64,000 nt of DNA from Camelus ferus (lineage: Eukaryota): assembly GCF_009834535.1 (NCBI RefSeq), contig NC_045697.1:50842001-50906000 (forward strand), read 5' to 3'. The notes under the pieces were generated by a model. That model did not search any database. It worked only from the letters and a program-made list of their open reading frames with translations, and had not been told where the DNA came from. This document shows, one piece after another, positions 23,312-34,600 of the stretch (the stretch's first letter is position 1; every line of letters begins with the position of its first letter). Position numbers and translations under genes: made by a program.

Positions 23312-26300
23312 TCGGACTCCTCGAACAATTAATTTCTTATCAAATTTTCAGCAATGGTTGAAGTTTTATTTGCTCTTTCAAGTAATTCCACTTTACTGAT
23401 TTTATTTTAAAACACATTTTAAAATAGTTTTAAAATAGTCAATCTTCTCAGTTTGATCCATGATTGTCAGTTGTTTTCCCTTTTATTTTATTTATTCACT
23501 TTATCACAGTATCATCTGGCAGCTGTTAGAGGAAGGTCATTTGTGATTATTCTTTTATGGCACAATCATTTCTTTAGGTAAATTATACGTGCTGTAGTGA
23601 TAGAGAAGGTAATTGAGCAAACCACTTTTAGTGGAGATATAATTTATGAGAAGTCCTTTCCTAAGCATTCTGGAAAGTTTCCAGGAACGATTACCACTCT
23701 CAAGGAGCAGGTTACAACTTTTCAAAAGATTTGTCTTTTCTAATGTGTGTTTAACAGACTGAAAGGATATATCTTTCAGTTCAGTTCCACAAATATTTAT
23801 CAAGTAACTTCTGAGTAATGTGGGAATCTAGAAGTGGATAAGACTAAGTACTTGGTTTTAAAAAGTTTCGGCCATCAGAAGAAGAAAGCAATATAAGGGC
23901 CAGGTTATATTACAGAAACAGACAGATGGTACCATGATGTTTGTTCCAACAAGGGTATAGCCGTTTGAGCAGGGTATCGAAGGATGCAGGACTTTAATAG
24001 ACGAGGATGAAGAGCAACAGCACATTCTCGATAAGGATACTGTCCACAGACACTCAAGCGATAGAATAAAACATGTTTATGTCCCAGGATGTGGTTCGCT
24101 GGGGTTACTTGGATGAGGCGGGATGAGGTGGCATGTAATAGAAAGGTAAGTAATGTGTACTTAGTGGAAGGAACATCTGGGTTTAAACCCTAGTTCAGCC
24201 ACCTAATTTTTTGTGGCTTTTAACGTTTCTGCGTTCCAGTTTCTATAGCTAGAAGCTGAGTTTAAAAATCTCGACCTATCTCATCAAGTTAATATATGCA
24301 AACTTCCTGGCTTAACTTTTACACTGATGGATTCCTATCTAATCCAAAAGCTATGGCTTGTATTTCTCATTTTTGTCAGATGTTTGACTTCCAAACTGCA
24401 AAGCCATTCCACCAACAATTATTTCCTAAAAATTTATTTTGCCTTAGTGGATTCTTGATGAAAGATTGGTTTCTGAAATACCAAGTAAAGCTAGATTACA
24501 GCATGTAATGAAACAATATAATAAAATAGAAACAACACCAGTTTGAGTTAGGATTTGCTAAAAATTTAAAGCTCCAGATTAAAATCTGGTTATATCTGAG
24601 TTCAAGTTGCCCTTTCAGATTGAAAATCTGGAGTACAGAGAGTCTTAAAAATCTATGGAATTCAAAACTGCTTGAGGAAATAGCTAGTTTAAACAGTGAT
24701 ATAGGATTTAAATTAAATTTTCTGACAGGAGAATTATTGAAAATTAGACCAAGACGAATGATGTTTCAGCAGAATGTGAATACTTGTGGTTTGGGGAGAA
24801 ATTTTCCTTTAATGAAAGATTTGTGTAGTGACTCCAGCTAACTTCTTAAATATCATTTCGATTTACTTGATGTCAGGGAATCTGTGTGTGTGTGTGTGTG
24901 TATTAATCCTCATGACAATGGGCTAAGTAATATTGTCCTCATTTTACAGATGAGGAAACTACATCTTCAAGTTCATATATCTCAGTAGTGGTGGAGCTCA
25001 TGCATCCAAAACTTATTAGGTTTAATCCTGGTCTCAAAGCATATTCATAAAGGGAAGCATATTCAGGACACTAGGACACAAAACCATCTTTGTATGACTG
25101 AAAGTTTCTTACTCCATCCCTCTTGAGTCCTCAGAGATTAGTCTGGACTTCCTTGGAAAAGGAACACTATGGAAGAAAGCTTACAATAGTAAAAGTCTGC
25201 CTACCTCTGGACAAGTACACAATTTATAATGAATTCAGCTTGATGCAACATCCTTCTTCTTTCCCAGGGAGACTGATAGAACAGTGAGTTTGTCCACACA
25301 AGTGTGTGTTGAGAAGTAATGCCATGTTTGAGTGCTTTCCAAAGAAGTTGGTAGTCTTCTGAACAACCATATTTCTTTTTTTTCCTTTCTCCAACCAACA
25401 TAAGACTTGAAGACAAAATAGTACATTATATCAACTTCTGTAGCAAAGTCAATGTTTACTATTTACAATGCAGTTCTTATTGTTTTTAAATCTACTATTT
25501 TAGGAACTTGATTGTTCATTTATTGATTTACCATATATTGATTATCTTCTAATACCACGTTTTGTAGTAGGAGATATGAATACTATGTAAATAAGGATGC
25601 CTCTGACTTCAAGGAGTTTGCAGTCTAATGTAGGATATGGACAATTAGTTATACAAACAAGTGACTGTGACCTAGTATTGGTGATGAGTAGGAGTAAGAC
25701 CAAGGGGGTTGGGAGAAGGGATGCCTGCTTTGCTAGTGAAAGGAAAAGCAAGTACAAGGTAATGACATGTAAGAGAATGTGGCCCAGTTGGGTTCCTGAA
25801 ATTATTGAGCATTGTACGGAAAATATGTATGGAGTGAGGAGAGAAAAAGTTGGGGCCAGAAATGTAAGCAAGAGCCGAATCTTAAAGAAAATTCCCAGTT
25901 TTTTTTTTTTTCTTCAGTAATGTTGGTTTGTTCAGCAAAGACATAATCTCATATGGACAGACCCTTAAGGTTCAGTCTAGCATCATTAGGACCCAGTTAT
26001 ACCAGGGGCACTACTAAGATACTCAGAGCTCTGAGGAACTGCAAACGCTCCTCTACTTTTCTTTCAGGGTTGTCTTTGTGTTTGTGCAACTTACCTAAGC
26101 ACCTCTTTCCCCCTCTCTGGCCCATCTCCTCATCTCTTCCCTTCCTCCTCTTTGCAACCTGATGTCATCCTTAGAGGTTGAGCTAATGAGCTCTGTTTGA
26201 CCTACGTGTTCACAGCCTTTGGAATGGAGCATCATTTGTAAGACAAAAGGGCATCTGTGCAAATGTCGATCTCTCACAGTGCCACCTTGATGTGTCATGT

Positions 26301-27559
26301 CCCAAGACTCTCTCCATCTGAGGCAAGGATGGACAAAGACCAAGTGACTGGAGGGGGCAGTCGTTCTGGTCTTGTCCCATTTCCATAAAGGTAACCATAT
26401 GAGTCATTGCATAGTAAGGAGAAGACCAAATGGGATTAAGTAGGGGGAAAAGGGCTAATTATCCTGTTCGAGGAAATGCTGCTTCAAAATAGAACAGAAT
26501 AGGGTAAAAAGTTTGAGTGAACAGTAAAGCTGCACATAAATACAAATGCTATTTTGTCCCCCTCTAGGGATGAATGCAAAGTTCATAGGGCTCTTGACCA
26601 TTGATTTGCTCATTTAAGTTCCAACCAGCACTTAACAAAGAAAAAAGCATCCAGAGAGCTTAATCATAGCCGTGGGACCAAGTCTATCAGCCAAGAAAGG
26701 GAAGAGCTCAAGAAAGAGATAAGACAAAGACAGGCATTTACCTTTTCCACATCAATAAGTAACTCTTCTTCTTCTGTCAGCCTCGGGTCAACTGAATGTC
26801 TTTTGGGGTATGTTAAACAATTCATGCACATACACAGCACCTCCCCACCCCACTCGCACTTCAAACAGGTATTTTAGAACTGGGGCTTGTTTGTAAGCCT
26901 AAATTAAGTTGTATTCACATAATAAAGCAGAATGTGGTGGGGAAAAAAATGGGCTTTGAAGTGAGGCAAACTTGAGTTTGAATCTTATCCCCTGCTGATT
27001 AACTGAGAGACCTTGAGCAAGCCAATTCTATGCTGGCCTTTCCTCTGCTGCTGCTAAAATCTGTGCCACCTTTCCCAATCCCAGTAGTAAAGTCTCAACT
27101 TGAACCTGGAATTTTTTTCTCCTTTCGAGGAAATTAGTCTCAGCTCAACAATCCTCAAGGTTAAGAGACCCACAGACAAATGCTAAACACGTATCACTGA
27201 GTTTGACTTACAATGTGTTGACGCTGAGATCGTAAACATAAAACACCTGCTCCCTGAAATGTTAGTCAATAAAACTAGGAGTTAACTGAAAGATTTTAAA
27301 CATGTTATTACTTTTTGTGCATAAAAGACATTTGTACTTAACAAAGTATAGTAAATAAAATATGATAACAATCTGCTCCAGTGTCTTTCAGTCCCATCTC
27401 CAATTTCATTATCTCCAGTTAACAATTGGTAAAAATACTAAGAAAAGTTGGCTCAGACTGCTAAAAGTGTCCCACCTTTTCAAGAAAAGACATTTTTCAA
27501 AGTCTTGACAAGCTAGAAAATGGAAACAGCTAAATGCGTTGGTTTTGAGCCAGGTCAAA

Positions 27560-27812
27560 TCTGAATAACTTAAATTTAAGGGTCTTCGTGGGTGTTGGAC
27601 TCAGTCAGATCTGCCTTCAAGCCTGTGTCCACCATTTATTAGCCAAACAACTGTGGGAAATTATTTTAGCCTCACTGAGTCTCAGTTTCCTCATCTGTAA
27701 AATGAGAATAACCACAATTCCATAGGATCGCAGCAAGAGTTAAGTGAGGAAATATACAGAAAATGTTAAGACTGGTGACTGCCCCATAGGAGGTACTCAA
27801 TAAATGTCAGTT
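27560..27812. mobile_element. MIR SINE
   Basis: ctgagtctcagtttcctcatctgtaaaatgagaataa MIR core; aggtactcaataaatg end. Confidence 0.85.
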
Positions 27813-30800
27813 TTTCTCCCCCTCTAATCCGTCACTTAAGTCACACTTAACTTTGCCTAGAGTGGAAGAACCACATTTTTTTAAAAAAAAGTACCAATCA
27901 AAAAGTAAAAATGTATTGACACAACAGGTCTCTTAAAGCTGACATCTGGCTGCTTTTTTTCCTTTTAATTATAGAGCTTTCTTTTTTATGCCTAAAAATT
28001 CAATTTATGTTTGTGCCTTAAAAAAAAAAAATACTGTTGATATACACAGAGAACTGAGTATCGTTGCCAATTCTATCTCCCAAATCAGTGAAGATTCTGA
28101 GACGGCGTTTGAAAGATGGGATTGGAGAAAGAGGCTGGTTGTGGAAACCGGCATTTATTATAGACTTGGGAGACCTAAGATCAGCCTGTCTTCAATATGA
28201 AAAAATAAACAAATACATGCAATTGTTTACTTGTAGTCATTTCTTTGTTAGATTTATTAAACAAAAGTTTTAGAGATTGTTTATGCCAATGTTTACTATA
28301 AAATATGTATCTTTGAAATTGCAATTGTATATTGTTTGTCACTAGGATCTCTTTCATGTGAAGTAAAGATCATAGGAAATGAAGTCACTTGGCAGAAAGG
28401 GAAGTTGCTGTATTAGAAATGACTGGACCTATGCGTGTGTTTAATTATGTCTTGAGGTAATCAACCCACACAAGCCATTGAGTCAAGTGACAGGAGAAAA
28501 AAAAAGGCTTTAAAAATGCTGATTAAAGGTAGTGTAGTCTTATAAGGTTATTTTTCCTCTTTTCTTAAAAGCTTATTCTTTTGTTCTTTTGTTTCTATAC
28601 ACATGTGATATTTTTAAAAACTGGGTTGAGATAAGACTCAGCAATTTAAAGAAAGTAGCTTAAGTGGAAAAACGAGCTTATGCTGTAATTTCTATATTTC
28701 ATTTCTCACAAGTCTCCTCAAAACTTTGATTGTTTTTAAGTTTTTGTTTCAAGATGTGAGCTTCGCTGTAGCTCGTTCTTTCCCCCACTTTGGCCGTAAA
28801 AATTGTTGAAGTGTTCAAGACCCAGTTTGACATGAATGCAAACTCCTCGTTGGATTCTGTTAAAGAAAGCTTAGCCTATCTGTGTGATTGTTGATGTATG
28901 TCTTACTCACCTGTCTGGAAATTCCACCAGGTCAGAAACCATGTCCGCTTATTTAAACTGTTTTTCAGCTTCTAGCCACGTGCCTACAACAAAAGGGGTG
29001 CTCTGTGAACATTTCTTAAATGAAAGTAAAAATTCCCCAGTTCTTTTCCCACCAAGAGCAATATCAACAAAAGGAAGTGAAAATGTTTATCTTTGTCTAT
29101 TTCTGTTCCCTGTCAGAGACAATTGTTTTATTTACACAAACCCAGGAGAATTCAGTATGGAAACTACAGTTTTAGCTCATGCTCACATTTAGTGGTGGAT
29201 AGATAAAGCAGTCACCATTCAGCAAGGCAGCAATTTCCTCCTTTGGTGAATTAACCATCCATGCCCTTCCAGGCTGCTCCCGGGTTGGGGGAAGAGCCAC
29301 AATGGAGCAGGCAGGGTGAGGGATGGGTCAGTGACTAGCATCCACTATGAAGGAGGGTTCTGCTGCTTTCTTCTCCTTATCGCCTGTGTTTCACAGACTC
29401 TGGAGAGTCCAGAACACAAACAATATTTCCAGAGGCCAGTGAATGAACTTGTATGGCGTCCCACAGATTTAGTCTACTTAATGTTCAACGTGCTAAGGCT
29501 AAACAGATTAGCTTCCCTTGAAGATGTCACCTCCGTGGTTCTTAACTTTTCTAAATTTTAACCACTTAAGCCTTTGAAACCATGATGTGCTCTCTCCTTA
29601 CCCTTAAATACACCTAAGTACAAAGTTGTGCATCAAGTTTCAAGAATTTACCGGCCTCCATTAAAAACTCTTAAGGAGTGAAATCAATAAAAGGTGTATT
29701 GGAGGTTGAACACTTGAGAATCATGAGTGAATCCTGAGTTTACTGTCTTTAAGTCAAGTCAGCTGAAAGAGAAATGATATTTTCTGACTGCTGCTTGCTG
29801 CCCCTGCATCTGTCCAGGACAGAGACTCCAGAAAACAATTCTTGAAGTTCTCAAAAGAGAGCATGGAGATGGATGAGGACAAGAATGAGAAGGAAGACTA
29901 GAATCTTCATATTCAGTGAGTTCAGGATATGAATGACCTTTAGTTTTCATCCACAGGAGTGAAGGTCAGACCCATCCAAGAAGATGAAGACTGAGTACTC
30001 TGTTCATCTGATGTGATCTCCTTAGCTAATCTGCTAAAAGGCAGAGCCAGTGGCAAAAGGTGGCTGAGACAGAGCGGGACATTTTAGTTCTTTCATAATT
30101 CCCTTCAGTTTGCTGAGTAGACACATAATCCAAGAAAAATCTATGTGATGTTTTCACATAAAAAGAAAGCAAAATTAGAAAATAATTCAGACTGTGTATG
30201 GGTTTAGAGATGTGGGAATTCTCTCAGAATTCCCCCAATATATGCAAAACAAGGATGTACAACTTCTTTATCCATCTCTTCTTTATCTACGTCCTCTGAT
30301 TTCCAGATTGGCGCCCCTTTTGTTTCCAGGTAGTTTATGTTCTCATCTAGCGTAATTTACTATTTGCCACATTTAGAGGTTTCTCTTTCTTGACTGTATT
30401 ATATTACTCATCAAAATTAAATCCCTCCTCGTGGTCCCTAAACCAGGAAGGAGGAAATCACCGCCCACAGAACCTAGCGGAGTTTTGAAACAAAGGAAAA
30501 TCTGTTTGTCTACTCCAAACCTGGTGGATGAACTTTTCAAGCACTTCCTTTTTCCCCCAACCATAGGGAGTGGGGAGCCCTGGAAAACACCACTGGCACA
30601 ATCTCCCACAAAGCTGGAAATAAATGCAAAACAGGCAGGAGAGAGGAGAAATAGATAAGAAACAGCACACCCAGCCAGGAAAGCAGGACCTTGAAAACAC
30701 ACATGGAAGAGACCCAAAGAGAAATGAAGCCGGTACTGGAAAGCCAAGGTTAATGAGAATTAAAATGGCACATTTCTTTTCTGAGCTTGACTTACTCAGA

Positions 30801-30849
30801 TTTAGCAGTGAGAGCACAGACTCCTCACTCAAGCACAATTGTACTAATA

Positions 30850-31050
30850 GAGTCTTATTACAGTGTATGTTTTATTTTTCATAGTATTCACAATAGCCAT
30901 ATATTTTTGTATTATTTATTCCCATTTAACAGATGAGGAAACAGACTCAGAGAGGTTAAGTAACTGGCAGAGGGTCACCCAGCAAGTGGGAGACAGAATT
31001 AGGATATGAACCTAAACAAGGTGTCCAGAGACTCTGTGCCGACTCTAGGA
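30850..31050. mobile_element. MIR SINE (opposite orientation to the 27.6 kb copy)
   Basis: cccatttaacagatgaggaaacagactcagagaggttaagtaact. Confidence 0.85.
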
Positions 31051-31819
31051 AGTTTCTCTTGAAGTTTTCTCTCATGTGTCTGTAAGTCTCACAGACCTGG
31101 TTTGAGCACATTTCCCTTCTTTCTCCCACCTCTCTTGCCTGAGAGGATTGAGAAGGCTGGAGAAGAGGAACTTGATTCAGTGAGGAGAGAGGGACACCAT
31201 AATCTGATAGAAGAACTCATTTCTCCTCCTGTCAAAGCCTCAGGTTTTCATTTGTCAAATGCGCTGAATTTTCCTATGTAGTCCCTACTGCCTGATGTTT
31301 TACTCTAAGAAGTACATGTGCAATAGATGGGGAGCTTTCCCTGGGCAGCTTGTCCACTTGTGCCAGAAAAGGACACTCTCCCAAACTTGAGATTCTGCAA
31401 AACTTCAAGAGAATTCGCACCTGCCTTTACATACAGTTAACTAAAAAGTGTCACTTGCAAGGTTCTCAACCACTGAGAGGAGAAGAGCTTTAATTTTAAT
31501 GGGCTTCATGAAGAAAGAGCCTAGAATGAGAGGCCATGGGGATGGTGTGAATTATCACCAGACTCCAAGACCCTCCAGGAATGAGAGGAAATGGTCCCAG
31601 TGCTCCCCTCTCTCTTGACATTGTTTCCTCTTACTTGGTTTCCTCATGACTCTTAGAGAAGTTGCAGCTGTTGACTTTTTATTGTGAAACAAGAAATGTG
31701 GTTGGAGTTGGAAAACTTTTTTGAAAGAAAGAAAGCCCATTTGATTTGTTAGAAAGGCAAAACATCAAATGTAATGGATATCACTCAAAATATATGTAAA
31801 GAGACCCCAGTTTTCCCAT

Positions 31820-33030
31820 TACTCGCTTATTTAACAGATATTTGCAGAGTCTACCTTCTATATTCCAAGCACTTTTTAGTTGCTTGAGAGTTCTAGTGAA
31901 TGACATGAATAGGAGGGGCTCCCTGTGGAGCTGGTGTAAGGGGACAGATGGACAGGTGGGTGAGAGTGAGCAGATTACAGCACTGGGGAGTCAGAAGAAG
32001 TGTCCTTGAGAGGTTGAGACTGAGCTGAGAATCGAAAGATACAGAAGTTGGCTAAGTCTCTGCATGGGTGAATATTCCAGGCCCAGGGACAGTTGGAACA
32101 GCTTGAGGTGGGAACATGGTTGTGTCCTTGAGGAACAATAAGGAAGCTGGTATGGCTGGTGCAGGGGGAGGAACAAATGAGTTGGAAAAGAAGACAGAAG
32201 GGGCCAGATCAAGTAGGGCTTTTGATTTTTTTTTTTTAATCTTCAATTTTTATTTGCTACTGCTATTCCTTTATCCCAATAATGCAAATTGAGGAGGCCA
32301 GCAGGAAGCCACATTTGAAGTGGCACAGGCCAGCTGGTGGAATGATGGCAATCATGGCCCCCTGAGCATTGCAGGGGACAGCAGGCATCAGCTCTGGTCT
32401 GGGCGCACAGACTGTAGGGAAGGCCCGGTAGGGAAGGCCACCTCCCACAGCAGTTTGGCCTTGAAAACACCAAGAACAGCTGCATTCATTGTCTACCCCC
32501 ACCCCCTTTTTCTGCTTTAATAATGATAATAATTTTTAAAAACATTCTATAATTTATAAGCTATTTTTTGCTATCTACATTATATATAAAATATAGACTC
32601 GGTTTACTTTGTAATACACATCTTTTCCCTTAATAAATAACTCTTTTTAGGTCATTATGAGGATCTCAGCTTTTATTCTTCATGGAGAGCCATTGAAGGA
32701 TGGGAAACAAATCAGTGACATGATCTGACGAGCTGCTGTGTAGAGGCAGCGGGTGGAGGGGGAGTAGTTTGTAGGGAGGACAAAGGCAAATCAAGATCAT
32801 CAGTGAGAGGTTATGTGGAAAGCCAGAAGGGAGATAAGAAGTGTTTATACCAGGCCAGAGTGGTAACAGCAGAGGTGACAATTGGTGGTCAGAATCTAGC
32901 TTATTTTAAAGACAGCAGACAATCCTGATAGATTGGGCATGAGCTCTGAAAAAAAGAAAACTCATAGATGATGAAGACTTTAAATGTAAGCTGTTGGGAG
33001 GATGGAGTCTTCATTAACTTAGATACTTGA
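31820..33030. mobile_element. L2 fragments, interrupted by the retrocopy at 32226-32642
   Basis: attccaggcccagggacag...ttgaggaacaataaggaagctgg...ggccagatcaagtaggg, resuming at gtcattatgaggatctcagcttttattct...gagagccattgaagg...agtgacatgatctga. Confidence 0.7.
32226..32642 (-). pseudogene. 5'-truncated processed retrocopy of an unidentified mRNA 3'UTR, inserted in an L2
   Basis: On the minus strand AATAAA (32249-32254) lies 11 nt before a 12-nt poly(A) (32226-32237). The body does not resemble a TE. It interrupts L2-like sequence, with a weak TSD (cttttga/cttttta). Confidence 0.7.
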
Positions 33031-33254
33031 GAAAGTATCTAAACTAACGTTGCAGAATTACTGGGGTATGGGGCAATTCTTGCTTAACAGAACTCTCCCA
33101 ACTGCGTCCTCGGAGCTCCTCAATTACACCCATAGATGCAAGAAGTTGCAGTTACTACTGTGGCTGGTAGCTCAAAGGAGACTGAGGCAGGAAGGAGGTG
33201 ATGGGGTGAGGGATAGACTAATATTTACTGTGTGCCATTCACTGTACTAGGTTT

Positions 33255-34600
33255 TTTTTTTTAATAAAAATAGCGTATGTTTAGATTGATCAACATGATG
33301 ATTTGATATATATATACACACACACACACACACATAGTGAAATGATTACTACAGTAAAACTAACATATCATCTCCTACCAATTTTTTTTTTTTTTTGTAT
33401 GATGAGAACACCTGAAATCTACTTGTTACTGAGTCCAAACTGATACTGCTCATGGAACGGCAGGCCAATAAATCGAGAGACAAGTTGTTGGGGCAAAGAA
33501 TAGTGACTTTATTCAGAAAGCCAGCTCACCAAGAAAATAGTGGACTAGTGTCCCAAAGAACCATCTTACCCAAGTCAGAATTCAGGCTCATTTTATACTA
33601 AAAAGGGGAGGGGTGTGATTGGTTGTTGTAAACATCTTGGCGTTGGAATCCTTAGTTCCACATAGGTCATATTGCAATGTATCTATAAACCTTCAACAAG
33701 ACAAATGTTATTCTCTGTTTTGCAACTTTTTATCTTTATATGAATGGAAAGGTGTTACACCCTTAAAGGTCAGAGTCTTGAGAATGAGCCATCTCGTATA
33801 TTTCAGGCTATAGGCAACTTTCTTCTACAAAAGGTGCAGAACCAGCATGACTAAGCACAGGAAACAGAGCACAGGGTTAAAGCTAAAGGAACAGATCTAA
33901 TTTGGAGTCAGATTTGTTCTTGCCTATTACATACTCTCTTAGGAAATTTCCAGTGTTCAGTATAGTGTTATTAAGCATAGTCACCCTGCTGTACAGTTGA
34001 TCTCTAGACTCATTTATTCTACTACACAAGTGCAACTTTGTGCCTTTTGACAGACATCTCCCCATTTCCCTCACCTCCACATCTTTGGTAACCACTATTC
34101 TACTCTCTACTTCTATGTATTTAACTTTTATTAGATTCCACATATAAGTGAGATTACTAAAGTTTTTTTCTTTTCTTTCTGTGTCTGGCTTATTTCACTT
34201 GGCATAATGTGCCCTAGATCCACCCACATGGCTGCAAATGGCAAGATGTCCTTCTTCTCTAAGTCTGGGTAATGTTTCTATTTATATCTATATAACAATT
34301 TTTTCCTCCCAGCTTTATTGAGATATAATTGACATATAACACTGTGTAAGTTTAAGGTGTGCAGTGTGTTGATTTGTCCATTCATCCATTGACAGACACT
34401 TGGGTTGTTGCCATACTTTGGCTATTGTGAATAATTACTGCTGCAATGAACATGGAAGTACAGATATCTCTTCAAGGCACTGATTTCACTTTCTTTGGAT
34501 ATATGCCCAGAAGCGGATTGCTGGATCATATAGTAATTCTATTTTTAGTTTTTTTGAGCAACCTCCACACTCCTTTCCATAGACGCTGCACCAATTTATA
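33255..34600 (-). mobile_element. L1MA-like 3' end, interrupted by an LTR and by a second short L1 tail (~34298-34376)
   Basis: ggtaaccactattctactctct...ttagattccacatataagtgagatt...ttcatccattgacagacacttgggttg...attgctggatcatatagtaattctattttt. Confidence 0.9.
33424..33931 (-). mobile_element. ERV1-class solo LTR (508 bp)
   Basis: TG...CA termini (tgttact...ttaca) and 4-bp TSD tact/tact. Removing it restores L1 gaaatctactctctt. Minus-strand AATAAA at ~33508-33513. Confidence 0.85.

Noticed and set aside
30373..30884. Overlapping ORFs on both strands
   Set aside because: No recognisable protein similarity; consistent with chance ORFs in purine-rich sequence.
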